The translations under genes were made by a program, and so were the position numbers. Positions 11,841 through 26,399 of a stretch of 64,000 nucleotides of DNA are shown here, piece after piece. The notes below the pieces were generated by a model, which made no database searches, had not been told where the DNA came from, and worked only from the letters and a program-made list of their open reading frames with translations. Within the stretch, counting starts at the first letter, position 1. Every line of letters begins with the position of its first letter. This DNA is from Dimorphilus gyrociliatus (taxonomy: Eukaryota; Animalia; Annelida): contig CAJFCJ010000014.1 of NCBI GenBank assembly GCA_904063045.1, forward strand, positions 979,376-1,043,375, given 5' to 3'.

Positions 11841-13475
11841 CGACCGAAAGAAAGAGAGGAGGGGGTAGGGAGAAATGGAAGAAAAGGGAGAATTATTTTC
11901 ATAGATAAGATAGTTATTTAAAAAGATTTCTTCTGGTCGATATGGAAGAAAAAATGTTGGCAATTGATAAAAGATTAGATAAGATTGAATAAAGAAAAAA
12001 CGCGATTGAATAAAATGAAGTTAACATGTCAATTAAAAAGTTGTCAACATATTATATAATCGATTTAAAAGAGAAAGAGAAAAGAGAGAGAGAGAGAGAA
12101 AAGTATACTATGTTGATTATATGAAAAAGCAATCTATCGCTAACTGATAAGAGATTGTTGTTATGTAGTTTAACTTAAAAACTATGATTTGGTAATATCA
12201 AGTAGAAACACAAAGCTATAATATTATAAATGTAGAACTGTATAAATAAGGGATATTTTCCGTGTCAATAAGAATAACATTTGAAAATCCTTATCTCCTT
12301 GATAAAAATCTTTACCTCTTCCTCTTTCGATAGATATTTAAGCAAGAGTTTCCTGTTTGGATATACTTTTCAGGGATTGTTTATACACCTTTTATTACTT
12401 TTAACATTAATTTATAATTAATTTAGTAATGATTTTATCATTATATCTTTGTCATTCCAAATTAGAAAACTATGTAATGGAAGACATTAAGAAATGATAA
12501 ATCTAATTGATCGTTTTCTCTGATATTTAAATATAAAGATCATCTATGTATTCAGTATAAATTGATATATATATATATAGTATATACTGTAAACGTTGTG
12601 AATATAACATCATTATATGAATAAAGCAGGAAATCGGTTAGAAGAGGAAGAAGGAACCAGCGGGTTTCTCTAATTATAACTCTGCCAGCTCCTTCCTAAA
12701 ATCGTTACATTTTCTTTATAATGAACTCGAGGTTCATGAACGGTTTATTTTTTGTGTTCTAATCGATAAATATTTTCAAAATATATCTATTTTTAAACAT
12801 TTATACAATGTCATATGTAAATATTAAAATATCACCCCACTTATGAATATTCATAATAAAAGATCTTTCTATGTTATTGATTTTAATTTCTTTATATGAA
12901 TTTTAAAAGCTTCTATAAGAACATGTCATATGTATTTGTATGCATATATATATATATGTCATAGAACGTAGTAGCCCTTATTTAACGACGTTATTAATAC
13001 TTTCTCGATACTATATACAAAAGTGTCAATTAGAACAAAGATAATGAAGTCTTATCAGTCAAGACTGTCATTTTTAATATAGTAAAGGAGGAAATTTACT
13101 TACTTTTTTCCCTATAAAGCTAAAATAATACCTCTAGTTGTTTTTTTATATAAAAAAACGAAAATAGAATATTAAAAAGTTATTTTCCTTTTTCTGATAC
13201 TTTTATACGAATAATCTAGCCAGGTTTAATTACAGTTATTGTTATAGAACATATCAATTTACATTATTATTTCTACATAATTGAATAAAGGTTAGTCGAG
13301 GAGACTGTTGTTGTATAGGATATCAATACAATAAAGTTTTCCCCCTTTCTCTTTTATCTATAAGCTTGAAAAAAAGACGAGAAAAAGAAAAAAGAAAAAA
13401 ATGAAAGAAAGGAAGATAGAGAACGGTGACGACAGAATAAGGTTGATTATGGGAAAATTTTCTATCGTACAAAAG

Positions 13476-13488
<13 letters not shown>

Positions 13489-13522
<34 letters not shown>

Positions 13523-13550
13523 GAACGAGAGAACAACAACAACAACAACA
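13489..13550. repeat. Compound (GA)n + (CAA)n microsatellite
   Basis: Direct reading. Confidence 0.85.
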
Positions 13551-15386
13551 ACGAGCGAACAGTTTACAACACTTTTTACTATCGCACTTAAATAGAAAAA
13601 AAAAAGTAAATAAGAAATGTTGCAATTTATTTTTCACTTGAAAAAAAGTCGATTTATTTTCTTTATAAAAAAAAAAAATACATTTTTTTTAAGAGACGGA
13701 AAACAAAATGAAGAGAAGGAGGAAGCCGGTTTTGAATACTATTTAAAATAATTAATTAAATATTTTCAAAACTATTCAAAAATTGTTTTTAACACTTTTT
13801 GTGAATATAGTTTTTTTTTATTTGTTGATTGTTAAATGTATATAGAAACATCAAGGACTAGAAAAATAAATAAATAATAAACTATGTTGGTTAATGATGT
13901 TACTTTATGCCTTTTCTTCTTCTTTTTCCTTTACGTTAAACCTATATTAGTAATATTTATCTCTTGTTGTAATTTAATATAGGCTTTATCAACGAGTACC
14001 AATAAGACTAGAAAACTTATTTTGATTGCTTTTTCTTCTCTCTCTCGCTCTCTCTCTTTGCTTATTTCTAAAAATAAAATGTAGCTGTACATGAAAACTA
14101 CTAAAAATAAAAATATCTTAAGTCTTTCGTTGTAAATGTCCATTGAAACTATTTACGAATCGCAATAGATACTAAATACTTAAATCTACAAGAAACAAGT
14201 GAAGAAATACTACCAAACAAGTTAGGCCATCTAGTGGTTATTAATAGAAATAGTTGCGAATCTATCACTGCTGTTATTACCTATATTCAATACATTCCCT
14301 TATAGATAGGATCTTTTAAAGAAGAGAGGGATAAATTGTTGAAAGGATAATTAATATTCTTATCAATATTGAAAAAACTCTCTATTCTTTACTTGATTTT
14401 TATTTAGCTTCAACGTATACTGTTTGTAATTGGAATACTATATAATTATTCAAAATTTTAAAGTAATTAGCCCAGCTGGAGACGATCTCGTGTGGCTTTC
14501 ACTTTTAATTTTTATCAAAGATTAGTGATTATATTCTCTTTTAATATAGAAGAAAACTCTATTATAGAAGAAGAAAGAAGAAGAAGATTAATTCCCCACT
14601 CTCCAAGTATTTTTGATATTACCCTTAGGTATAAAACGAAGCTTAGCAGACCTAATAAAATAAATAATAAAGAAAATATGAAACCAAACTGTCATATCGA
14701 ATTGTATAGAGATAAAAATCTTTGGCTCTCTATTGAACAGTATGGGTTGATTATTGAATAGAATAAAAAAGGCTTGATCAGATATCTATCTGAACGTAAA
14801 GAGAATTTAAAAGTTCATTATTTTTCTATTTGACATTAATGCATTTATCATTTACTCCACTGTTATTTATTACTTGTCAATAGCAAAAAGGTCTTTTTCT
14901 TCCTTAAAATCAACAAATCACAAAGAAATATGCGTAACAAAAATATACGAATTACTTTTTTGATTAATGACTTTAATACTTGTTTTACGTTTTATATCAA
15001 TATTATTTATTTATTTCAGATATATTAATAAAATATTTATACATTTTCGCATAAATTCTTTATCAAATTGAAAATAAACAAGCAAGATGTATAACCTTTC
15101 CATTTTATTCATTGGTTAGGACGCCATCTATCGGCTTACGAACGTAGTTTTACAAGATGAATAAATGTTTGAAATTCTTTAGTTCCTTTTATTTTTTATG
15201 AAATTGTAAATATTAAGCTATTTCCTCTTTATCTTATTTCATTGTTTTTTATCGTCGTTCCAACGCGTTACTTATTTATAGATAATCATTTTATGACGGC
15301 AATAAAAGAGAGAGCTGTACTATTTGTTAACTTCACCTTAACGGTTTGCTAACATTTAATTAACGTGTTTCTTTTATCTATCTACA

Positions 15387-15749
15387 ATGCCATATATAAA
15401 TGTTCGTACATTCGATTGGGTAAGTTTCTAAGCTATTTCTTATATTTTGGTACAAAAAGAAAATTTGTCATGTTGATGATGAAATGAGTAACAGAAACGT
15501 AATGAACTATTTGGATGAAACGCTAAATAAGTTTGTTAATATAGAATTGTATTTTATTCTATTAAGCATTTAATCTATTTTCTCTAGCATCTTTATTGTT
15601 TAGGAAAGGATCTTTCATCTGTAGACATTCTCCAACAGAAGTTATGAATAGAGTTGGAAGATATTGGCTATCGTGTAGCAACTATGGCGTCTACCAAAGA
15701 TTCTGTTATTTGGACACTTCATGGTCAACATTACGAAAAATACAGATAA
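15387..15749 (+). pseudogene. GCHFR: GFRP paralog, copy 3, with a +1 frameshift in exon 3 (pseudogene or consensus error)
   Basis: Exons 15387-15419 (MPYINVRTFDW), 15460-15548 (ICHVDDEMSNRNVMNYLDETL) and 15604-15749. Homology runs SPTEVMN in one frame and resumes ELEDIGYRVATMASTKDSVIWTLHGQ in the next, with one extra base near 15650 (total 268 nt = 3n+1). The first acceptor is weak (aaaaag). Confidence 0.75.
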
Positions 15750-18700
15750 AACTCAAAACTATATAGTGTATATATACACTGTAGTTTAATATTGTAGCCA
15801 ATCGAATACAATCTGTTCAATTTTGCAATTCAAAGCCAAGAATCACATTGCTACTATTCTTTTTTTTTTAATTCAAAGTGACTATTCAGATTGAATTTAG
15901 TTTTTATTTTTAAATATTTGACACATAAAATCATTTTTTTCTCTTCTTTTCTTCTCTTTTCCATTCTTAATACGCTTGTTTCTTTAAAGCAACACTATGG
16001 AAAAGTAACAAAACTGGCGTACTCCTCTTTCTAATTGATCTTCTTATTCAGCCCACTATATATACCTTCTTCTTTATTGCGTTCTTGACTGTAACACAAC
16101 AATCTTAGTTTATAAAGTATTTACAACATTTTCGGAATAAAACAACAAGAAAACCGGCAATTAACATAATTTCTACGTAGTTCTATTAGAACGTTTTTTT
16201 AAACTCTTGAATTTAATTAATTTTTTAACAAGTTCAATAGTTTGTTTTTCTCTTTTATTCAACTTTAATTAGTTAAAGAATTAATTAAGAAAAAGACAAC
16301 GGTACAAACATATACACTTCATATACAACAAAATGCCTACGTGTACAAACACATATGGTTTATATTGTCTTAATTAGCGATGTTTTCTTATAGAAATAGT
16401 GAAATATAACAAAATAATCAGAATTTTTAAATATTAAATTATTCAAAAAAAAGTACTAAAATCATGTTCATACTTTCGATTATTATGATATGCAAGTTTC
16501 ATTAGTTAATCTATTAAGTAGCCATTTTAAAATATCCTTATTTTCAAACTTAGTAACACCTCTGTAAATGGTACAATGTCACGTGATTTTTTCTCAGAGG
16601 CTGATTAGTCGAAAAGTTTCGTCTGGCGGGGTGTCTTGTTACAGATGCTTTTCTAGATGTAATATTTACGCTTGTTTTCCGTTTTAGGCGGTTATTTAAC
16701 GGCTTTATGCAGCCAGTTTTCGTGACAAACTATTGTGTCTGCAGTAATATATTAAAGGTAGAGATATATTTTCTTTTTAAAATACTTATTATATAAGAAA
16801 AAATAGTTAGAAAGTCAAAATATCAAATATATATAAACTGTATATAAATGTATGATACATATAACTAATGTTTTATATTCAATATACCTGTTGTAGGGTG
16901 TTGTTTTCCATATGCAAATATCATTGAAATTTAAAACCCGATAATACTCCAAACAAGCTTTAAAACTATTCACATTTCAACTATTTTATTCCTTTTGCAT
17001 TCCATATTTTTTCCTTTTTATATAGATTTTGTTATATTTTTTTGTTTTTTTTTTTAAAAAAAAAGTTTAACAACTTTTTTTATAATTATAAGAAAACGCT
17101 ATTGTACGCTTACGTTTTTAAACATAGATCGATTTCTAATTAGTATTATAATTTTCTTAATTTATTCATTCATTTAATTATTTAATTAAAAATTTTTCTC
17201 ATTGTTTCATTTCTATCAAAGAGTATAAATTTTACTTTGGGAATTTTAAATAGTAGAAATCGTTTTACTTTGGTATTAACCTACAAAAATTTTAAGGCTT
17301 AGCAACAGGCATGCTTCTAAGTAAAGCCCCTGGATGAATCAGGACTATAAATATTACCTAGGCATCGTTTCCTATGTAATTTTAACCTTATTGTCTAGTT
17401 TCCTTTAAAATTTCCATGTTAATTTGCAGTATTAAGAAATATATCTACTTGAACAAGAAGATAAAGACAATTTCAAAGTGAAATAATAAAGCAAAATCTT
17501 GATTTTATTCGAATGGAAAGAAGAAAGAAATTTGTGAAATCTACAAGAAAGTGCAACGAATCGGACGTAGGTTTATTCGCATATTTTTCACACGCAGCAT
17601 TCTTCATATATTTGTACAGCAAATATCTACAAACGCAGTTACAAACCAGACATAGAGAGAGAAAGGAAAACAAGTGGTGCAGAAAAAAACCACAGCTAAT
17701 ACGACCATATTTTTTCTATTACTGGTCGTTAAATTTCAAATTTTAATTAGGATTTTGTCATTTCGTAAAGCTATCTCCAACTGCAAAGTTTTCCTAAAGG
17801 GCTTTGTGGGAGGGCAGCAAAGATTTTTTGTTTATTTAATTGATGATCAGGGATAGTAGGGTAGATATTTTCGATTAGAGGCATTGTTTGCGCATATGTT
17901 TGGTGCTGAGCACTGGTGAAATGCGATACGTATACGGCGAGTTCACGACCCATGGTTGCACCTGACACGTGATAAGGTTAGGGTTAGTTTGTTTTTTTCC
18001 TAAAGGGAAAAAATCTCTTTTTTTAGTTAAAGATATCCCAAAACACGGATTTTTCGTAAGTGGGGTATAGTATTTTCAACGTAAAGAATCACTCACTCCT
18101 CGCCACCCTCTTTTACCTCTCCTCTAGGCTCTTTATTCTTTTTATACCACTTTCTTTCTGATTCAGATTTCTTATCATTATCTATCTAAGGGTTCGTTGA
18201 GAGAGTTTTCACAACGTAATTAATCACAGTGTCGGCTTATTGGTTATCTATGCGTTCTTTTTCTTTCTTCCGTCCGTCCCTTTTATAATTCAAAGTTGTA
18301 TAAAAATTAGACTTTTATTGTAAAAATTTGATCTAAGAAAGTAACAAAAAATTTTTCCAACAGTCTTTAAGAAGACAAATGACAGGAGAAAGGTCGTTAA
18401 ATATCTCTAAAAACAGATTCAGAAAGAGAGAGAGGGAGATAGATAGATAGAGAAGTTAAGAGAAAGGCTTGTCCCCAATTTTTCATATTGATTGTAGCCT
18501 AACTTTGAAGTTGATCCAGTAAAAATATTTTCTCTTTATATTCGCTTAGGGTAAAATTCAGGTGTTATATTAAATCTAACATTTCTGGTACGTTTTCCCC
18601 TTTAAAAATTCTTTAATCAGTTATATAAAGGTGCTGTTTATTTCTCTACAGCATTTTTTGGGCTCATAACACAATGATTATCTAGCCCAGGTTTCTAACA

Positions 18701-18817
18701 TCTGCCAAAAATATTATACAAACCATAAATAAAGCCTATAGACCTTGAAATTGTTTACGTATTCTAAGTCCTTATTTCTATACGTTTATTTAAAAAAGAG
18801 AAGATGAATTAGAAGCA

Positions 18818-18820
<3 letters not shown>

Positions 18821-18862
<42 letters not shown>
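18821..18862. repeat. (GA)21 microsatellite
   Basis: Direct reading. Confidence 0.95.
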
Positions 18863-18868
<6 letters not shown>

Positions 18869-19642
18869 AGGAAGTAGATTTCGATTTGTAAAGGTTGGAT
18901 AACTTTGAAAAATTGTTTCGCAAGTTTTCCCCCGCTGTCTATAGATAATTTATAATAAAAAAAATGAATAATAATCACATATATTTAACAAAAGAAAGAG
19001 AAAATAAGTATTATAAATCTGTCTAAAGTATAGTATGTGATAGGTAAATATAAGTAAGGATTAGTTTAATCATTTTTGCCAGAAATTTAATATATCGTAC
19101 ATATTTGGAATGTAGAAAAAGAAAACCTTCAACATATTTTTAACCTATTTATTAAATTTTTAAGCTTTTAAAGGAAGGAGAGATAAAACACGACATTCTT
19201 TTTTTTCTATTGATTATTATTAATTACTCTTGAATATTCAAGAGATGGGAACAAAAACAATAGAAATGATCACACATAGATAGGTATATTAAGTAAACTA
19301 CTACGTTTATATACAGTAACTTTTTTTTCGATCCATTATAAAAGCAAAAAAGAAAATAAAAAGTTTTTGTAAAACATATAGCATCAGTTCAACTTGGAAA
19401 TATTTTCACTTTTGATCACGTGATGTTTTAACATAGCTCACAGAGTATTATTTCTAAAACAGGGAAAATATTCATAAAAACCGAGTCAATACTCTTCTTT
19501 TTTTTTCTTTTTCTTTTTTTTTTTTTTTACAATACTACTTGTATCTTTATTTGAACGTCAAATCTATCAGCGAGTTAATACTTTTTAATGAGTGTTGAAA
19601 CGGAAATGCTTGTTACTTAAAACTTTTAAATTTTCTATCCAG

Positions 19643-20102
19643 TTTCTGGACCAAATTGACTTTGAGGATAAACGAGACTCTACTAAATTAAGTGAGTATA
19701 TGTATATTACCTATATTTTAATGTCTTAAATTAATATTTAACTGGACAAGGTTTAAAAAACAGTTGTTCTATTCAGTCAAAAAAAAAACATTGCTTAAAC
19801 AAAGAACTCGACTTTGAACGTGTAAACAGGTCTTTCGAAACGAGTATATAATTGGAATAGTAAACATTTCTATCCCGATACATCTTCCTCCGAACATCTT
19901 TCCGAACATTTATCCTTTTATGAAGAGGACCAGATGAGTTCAGACTTATGTGACGAGGGTAAATCCCTTACACCTTCTCCGCATTCGTCGAATTATCGTA
20001 AGTATTTAACTGTTTCTGCTTTTTCTTTAGTTTTTTATTTGTCAAACAGCTTATTTTTACTTTTTGGCTACATTATAAAGCTTATAGAGGCACTTAAAGA
20101 AA

Positions 20103-20140
<38 letters not shown>

Positions 20141-21982
20141 TTTCTATCATTTACCGCATTTAAAAATACTGCTGGTTTCGTTCACTATACAGTAGATCTT
20201 ATCTCAATCTCTCTCTTTTAAAAGCGCTCTCTTCGACCTTTTTTATCCGTTTTGGAATAAATTATATCTTCCGAGTAGGGCGGACAGGATAAAACTATTC
20301 AAAAGTAAATAACAAGAAAATTTATTCATCGGATAATAAATAAGAATATTAATAAAAAAGAAAGATATAGTAGGGGGAGAAAAGCAATAAGAAGGAAAAG
20401 AGAGAGAAAGAGGAATGATAACATATGCGTAAGGCTATTTTAATTATTTTCACTCCACCTGTCGGCTATTAATCTTAATATTTTTACTTGGTTAATTTTT
20501 AGTAATAGTCTTGTTAAAGGATTAGTTTTAGGATTCAGAAGTCTGCTTTCTATTATCAATGTTTTAGTGTTAGCCGTCTTTTTAGTAGTAGTTAATATGT
20601 TTATTTTCCGAGTCTTTTATCGGATGAGTAACTTGTTCATTATAGTTTTCAATATCTTTTTTATTATGACAGATTTTTCAACAGATGATAGGGATAATTC
20701 AATTCCTTATGCCGATGGAAGAGGCTCTGTTACTACTGATGAAGAATTGGAAAATAACAGAATTAACGAATATTCACAAAGTCAAATTGAAAATGACGAA
20801 AGTAAAGAGAGAGAAGTAGAGATTTTTATTGATAGTAGGATGAGCAATAAGCGAATGGAAAAGAAAAAACAGAATGGAAAAGAGGAGGTGGAGGTGGAAG
20901 AGAAGAATGGATATGAAGATGCAAAGGACAAAGAAAGAGATAAGGAAGATAAGAATGAATGCAACAAAGATAAGCCATCTCCTGAATATAAATCCCGGTG
21001 TCAAATAATCATTCCTGTTCAAAGGACTGTTGTTATGAATTCTCCAAATTTATATAGGAGATTGGAAGATTATCCTGACCTTTTGGGGAAGAAAATGACA
21101 GAAAACTCTGATATTCCGCCCGACAATTACGAGTATTTATTAAAAAGGATTATTAAAAAAAAGAAACCATCACTTCCCGTTTGGTTGACTGAGAACATTT
21201 CAGATGTCGAAAGGGATGACACTATAGAAAAAAGAACAGATGATAAACGTTCTTCATCCGAAAATGAGATGTTTGTTGATGATGACGAAGTCGTTGAAAG
21301 GTCAAGAAAACCTCCCGAAAAAGAGAAAATAGTAGTGGAAGTCGAAAAAGCCCTAAACAACGTTCTAAGAGATGATAATAAACCAGAAAGAGTAGATCGT
21401 TTCGAAGAAGAATTTATCGAAAATGGAAAAAAAGTCCACAGAGTCGTTGAGGTTCATAGAGAAGAGGATAAACCGGGAGCGGAAGAAGTTGAAGTTGAAA
21501 GGTTTTCTTTCGATGAAATTAGGTCACGTTTCGAATCAACAAGAGTTCATCATCCGGTTCCCATACCATTTTTTCGAACATCCCCCCACATGCCGCGCAG
21601 AACGCCACCTAGTATTAAACCAGAAAGAAGATTCGCCATCGTGTCCAAACCTTTACCTCAAATGAAAAGTTCCAATTCGAGCTACTATAGCCATTTAGGC
21701 TTCGATATAAAGCCTAGGTGTGAAAAATTTGTAGAATTTAAGAAAACGATTAACCTAGATGATGGAAAGGATGGTAACGAAGTAAGTTGAAACTTAGTCA
21801 TCCTTCTTTTTATAACCTAGAAACAGCATAGAGAGAAAATATTCTCTATTCCAAAAGGGAAGAGAAAGATAAATAGTTGTTATATAGTGTATGAAAAAAA
21901 AAATTATTGGGCAAAGAAAAGTTTGTGGGTGGTAACCAACTGGGTCATTTATTTTCATCTAACTAAAGGAAGAAAGAGTGCG

Positions 21983-22026
<44 letters not shown>

Positions 22027-23437
22027 AGAGAAACAGGTGTTTTAAATAAGATCTAGCAAATTTTATTCTTTTACAGTTTATCTGCCCTTTTTAACCATTC
22101 ATTTTCAACTTCTTTTTTTCTTTCTATGCCTCTTAACCTCTTTCTATCATCTTTTCTATCTGGCCAGAAGAAAAAAGTAAAAACCAACTCAAAAAAAAGC
22201 TTACATAAACTTATAAAGTATATACTGTATATATAATTGTTATATATACAATATAGCGACTGTTTATACATTATTGTAAACTATTAAGAAATTTCGTACT
22301 GTAATTGAAACTCCAAAAAGGATATATGACCACTTTAAAATAGGTCTATAACATTTATAAAGAGTCGATGCTATATACGCATTTTATTTCGGCCTAGAAA
22401 TTGTACAAAGTATTTAAAAAACAGTTGTAATTACAACAGTACAAAAAAGTTGTTGAATTGAATAAGGCCATTTAACTCGCTACTGTAGATCCTTGGTATA
22501 ATGGTAATTATTCTTTGTTAAATAGATTATCAATATATATACAAGTCAAAATTACTGAAAAGAGGACTTTTATTTATTTGTCCCCCTTTAAGATATCCTC
22601 TAATAAATTGAACAAAAAATTGAAGTACAAGCAGGCGTCTATTCATACTACAACAGATTTCTATAACAATTCTCTACGCTATTCAAATTTCCCACGATCT
22701 TTTAATTTCGTTTATTTATATTTTATATAATACTTTATATATTTTCAAGCAATACGAACTAATGCTCTACTTCCCTTGCTTTCTTTTGCCCTCTCCCCTT
22801 ATTCCCAATTTATAGAGAAGGTTTTAATCCTATTCCAACCTAAATTACTATTATTTATAATATACAAATGAATTGCACTCCAAAACTACTTGACTGCCAC
22901 TTAAAAGCATACTGTAATAAGTATGAATCTAAGTCAAGATAGTAGATTTTTTTTTTGCCATATAGACAGTAAATATATATATATAGTATAGATATATATG
23001 CTTACATTCTTTAACTTGCTACTAGTTAGTTAAATTTCCTATCTACGAAACGATACAAAGAATAGACATGTAAAAGTAAAAAAAAAAATAGAGGAGCGAG
23101 GAAAGAGGGAAGTAGGGAGAAAATATAAAAATAAAGATAAAGAGGAAGAGGGAGAGAGTGTTCCGTAATAAAATTACAGAGTAACAACATTTCACGAATA
23201 ATATAATGTTTCAAAACTTTTATTTATTATTTATTATACTTTATGTTTATACTAACTAGGTTAAGTTGGAGAAAGTTTATATCTTATAAAAATAATTTTT
23301 CATTTAATATGCATAATAAGTTAAATTTTTCTTTTACACCTCTTTTTTTTTATAAAAAAAAAGTATCTAGGAATTCGCACTTTTTATTTAATTTGTTAAC
23401 TTATCAAGAAAAATGAGAGAGAGAGAGAAAGAGGGAA

Positions 23438-23468
<31 letters not shown>

Positions 23469-25784
23469 TACAAGAAATACAAAGAAGAAAGCTTTTATTA
23501 TTATTTATTGCTATTATTTTATAGGTTCTTTCTGACGGTATCTTTGATAATTATCCGATAAGAAAAGAATCGACTCCTAAATGTTATAATTATGGTGCGA
23601 AAGCTAACTCTATTGATTGGACTACCACCTCACTTCCTAGGCCTACTGAACGAATTGTACCACCGCCAAAACCTGCTAGGAAGGCCCATGTTATACCTTA
23701 CCAAAAGACCAATCACGGCCAAGCTAGGAGCTCAAGAAATCAATACCCGTCAACCGAGAACCACATCGAAACGATGAGAATAAAAAGATCGAAGTTGATT
23801 GGCTACAGGCCTGTGTTCAATGGCGTTGATAAGATAAGTGATAAAGAGCGTAAACGTCGCAAATGGCCTAAGAAAATGCTGTCGGATATGCCTAGCAGTG
23901 GATTGGATTTTAATAGAGCGGCGGATAGCGACAGTGCTTATCAAAGTGATTGCAGATTGGAAAAAGAACAATTGGATATAAAATATAGAGAGGATCGCCT
24001 TTCCATACCTGAAATACGATTACAGTTATACGGCGCTGGCAAAGCTGAATCAAAGAGAATATCTACGTTGAATACTGAATTAAAGAAATCGTGGCAGGAC
24101 ACAAATTCTGATGTGTCGAAGATCTTTCGAAGGGTAAACTTTCACTCTTTTTCTTTCTTTTCCTTTTAAAAATTTTGCCCTACTTTATTGTGTGTTCGAT
24201 CGAACGGTTCTAGGCCTAGCGAAAGGTTGCTTACGAGAGGGGTTACCGCCCAATAGAAAAAAGCAAAGAAATTCGGCTTTTATTCTGTTATGACAATAGT
24301 CAACTCTTTACACATGAACATTTTTATTTATAGGCATTTGATAAAATATATTGATTGTTTTAGGTGGATGAAGCATTTGAGAAGAACGATTTCGATAGGG
24401 AAGGAAAACATCGTAGAAAGGATCCACTAACCGAATTGGAGAATGTCTATGCAGACGCTTTGAAAAGGGATGACGATACCGAATGGTTTATGTACGAAAA
24501 ATGGAGACCTCAGGTTAAGAGGTTATCAATTGAGAACGTAAAGAAGTTGGAGGAAATCTCCAGAAGGTATTTTCGCTTTTATCTACACCTTCGCCCCCTT
24601 TTCACTCTCTTATCGTAACCGATAAACCGGTTGCTATGCTGATGGTTGCAAAAGTTCACAGGTTAAAGTAATGAAATTTCACGCTTATTACATAATAAAC
24701 AATACCCGTTTTCTTATCTGTAAAAATACTTGCACAGTTGCACATTCGACGTTAGAGAGATTATTTTTTTATTCCAATAATTACAGATGTCGCCACTGTA
24801 AACTAATTGACAAATATATGAATAAATGATAAAAAAATAATTATTCCCTCTTCTAGATATGACTCTGGCGGTGATTATTCAAGATTATGGTTATCGAGAT
24901 ATAAGAAAGATCCAAAGTATACTTATGAAAGATTTGAGGATGACGGATGTCAACATAGACTTGAAGACGATATGGCCAGGAGGAGAATGTCGTCGTCAAA
25001 TGATAGGAAAAAATCGTTAACCTCGGAAAGTTCACGAGACTCTTCGTCAATGAGAAATAGGCTAAGGTCAAGATCGTTATCTAACGCCGTTGCAGTAATG
25101 GTTAATAAGTTTGAATGTGAAGATGAGAACCACGAGGAGGAGCTACGAAATGGAACTGTGTTTAGTAGTTGTTACGACAATGACAGTGGTGAGAAACGCT
25201 ACTTGGATTCGTCAAGTTTCGATGAAATAGATTCTGTTAGAAGACGCCATAATAATCGAGTGAAAACTTTGTCAACTGAATCATCTAGTCAGGATGAATC
25301 GCGATCTTGGTCACTTTCCGAAGGAGAACGGGGTAGGCCAAGAAGACCAAAAAAAGAAAGTTCCGGTATTCTTTTGGGAACAATACCTGCCGAGTCGTCA
25401 AGTCACGACGAACTCGAAAGGATAATGACCGTTCCTCATAAACCTTGGTATCCTCCTAAAACTGAACAGCCTGTAGCAAATAAAAATTGGACTGACATAC
25501 TAATAAAACAAGAAGAAGATGCGATGACAGAAGCCTCGCTCGGCGATTTAGTTAAACGTCAGCCAGTATCACCAATTTCGGATTTAACAGTTGAAGCCGA
25601 ACAGAATGATGAGCAATTCTTAAAAAGAAAAAGCGCTTTTAAATTAGTTAGCCCTAAAAAAGAAAATTCATTGCAAGAACTTGTAAAATCTTTCGAAAAA
25701 ACAGCGCCACCTTTCTTAAAGTTGCCAAACGAGAATAAAAATGGGCTAAATAACGAAAGAAGAAGAAGTAGCTGCGTTTCTTAA
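19643..25784 (+). CDS. Large (>1020 aa) charged, Ser-rich, probably intrinsically disordered protein of unknown family; first exon not resolved
   Basis: Phase-consistent GT-AG exon chain 19643-19691, 19830-19997, 20673-21781, 23525-24133, 24364-24566, 24857-25784 (3066 nt, ends TAA). The long internal ORFs are E/K/D/S/R-rich with no recognisable globular domain. Confidence 0.75.
20107..20134. repeat. (TC)n microsatellite, intronic
   Basis: Direct reading. Confidence 0.9.
21986..22019. repeat. (GA)n microsatellite, intronic
   Basis: Direct reading. Confidence 0.9.
23415..23462. repeat. Interrupted (GA)n microsatellite, intronic
   Basis: Direct reading. Confidence 0.85.
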
Positions 25785-26399
25785 ACATATAGAGATTTAC
25801 AGCTTGGTATTTGCTTGGCTTATTTTCCCGATATTCTCTTTTACTTTCTTTTCATTCTTTCTGTTCCTGTGTCCCTCCTTTCATCATCATTGTCATCGTC
25901 AAGCTATTATTTAGCTCTCTCTATCTCTCTGTCCGCCCGCTTTTCTACCATCTATCATATTCATTAGATCCGTTTAGCAACATTATATATATTTTCTTTC
26001 AACCTTGAATGAACAGTATTTTTATTTTATTCTCTTTTTGTTTATTTTGTCAGCCTATGAATTTGTTTTTTTTTGCACATATAATAAATGATGTATAAAT
26101 GTATTATATACATTGAATACAAAAGATAAAACTATACATACAATATTATACATACAGTGTACAGTAGATCAATGTATGCAGTATACTTGTTATTACCATT
26201 ATAGAGTTGTTTTTAATAATTACTCTTATTGGGTTTCAATTATTAATATTTAGTTTAAACTATATTAAAAAATATATGATTTACTTCTGTTATATAATAC
26301 AGAAATATACTATAGAATGAAGAAAGAAATGAAGAGCTCAAAGGCCTAGAATTAGAAAAAGCTTTGGTAGTTGGGAATTGTTTTTCTTCTAAACACGGT

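Noticed and set aside
12570-14800. Scattered exon-like fragments (e.g. minus-strand EGAGRVIIRETRWFLLPLL near 12690; ORF 14492-14761)
   Set aside because: Could not be chained into a phase-consistent gene and resemble nothing recognisable; additional GFRP copies were searched for here and not found.
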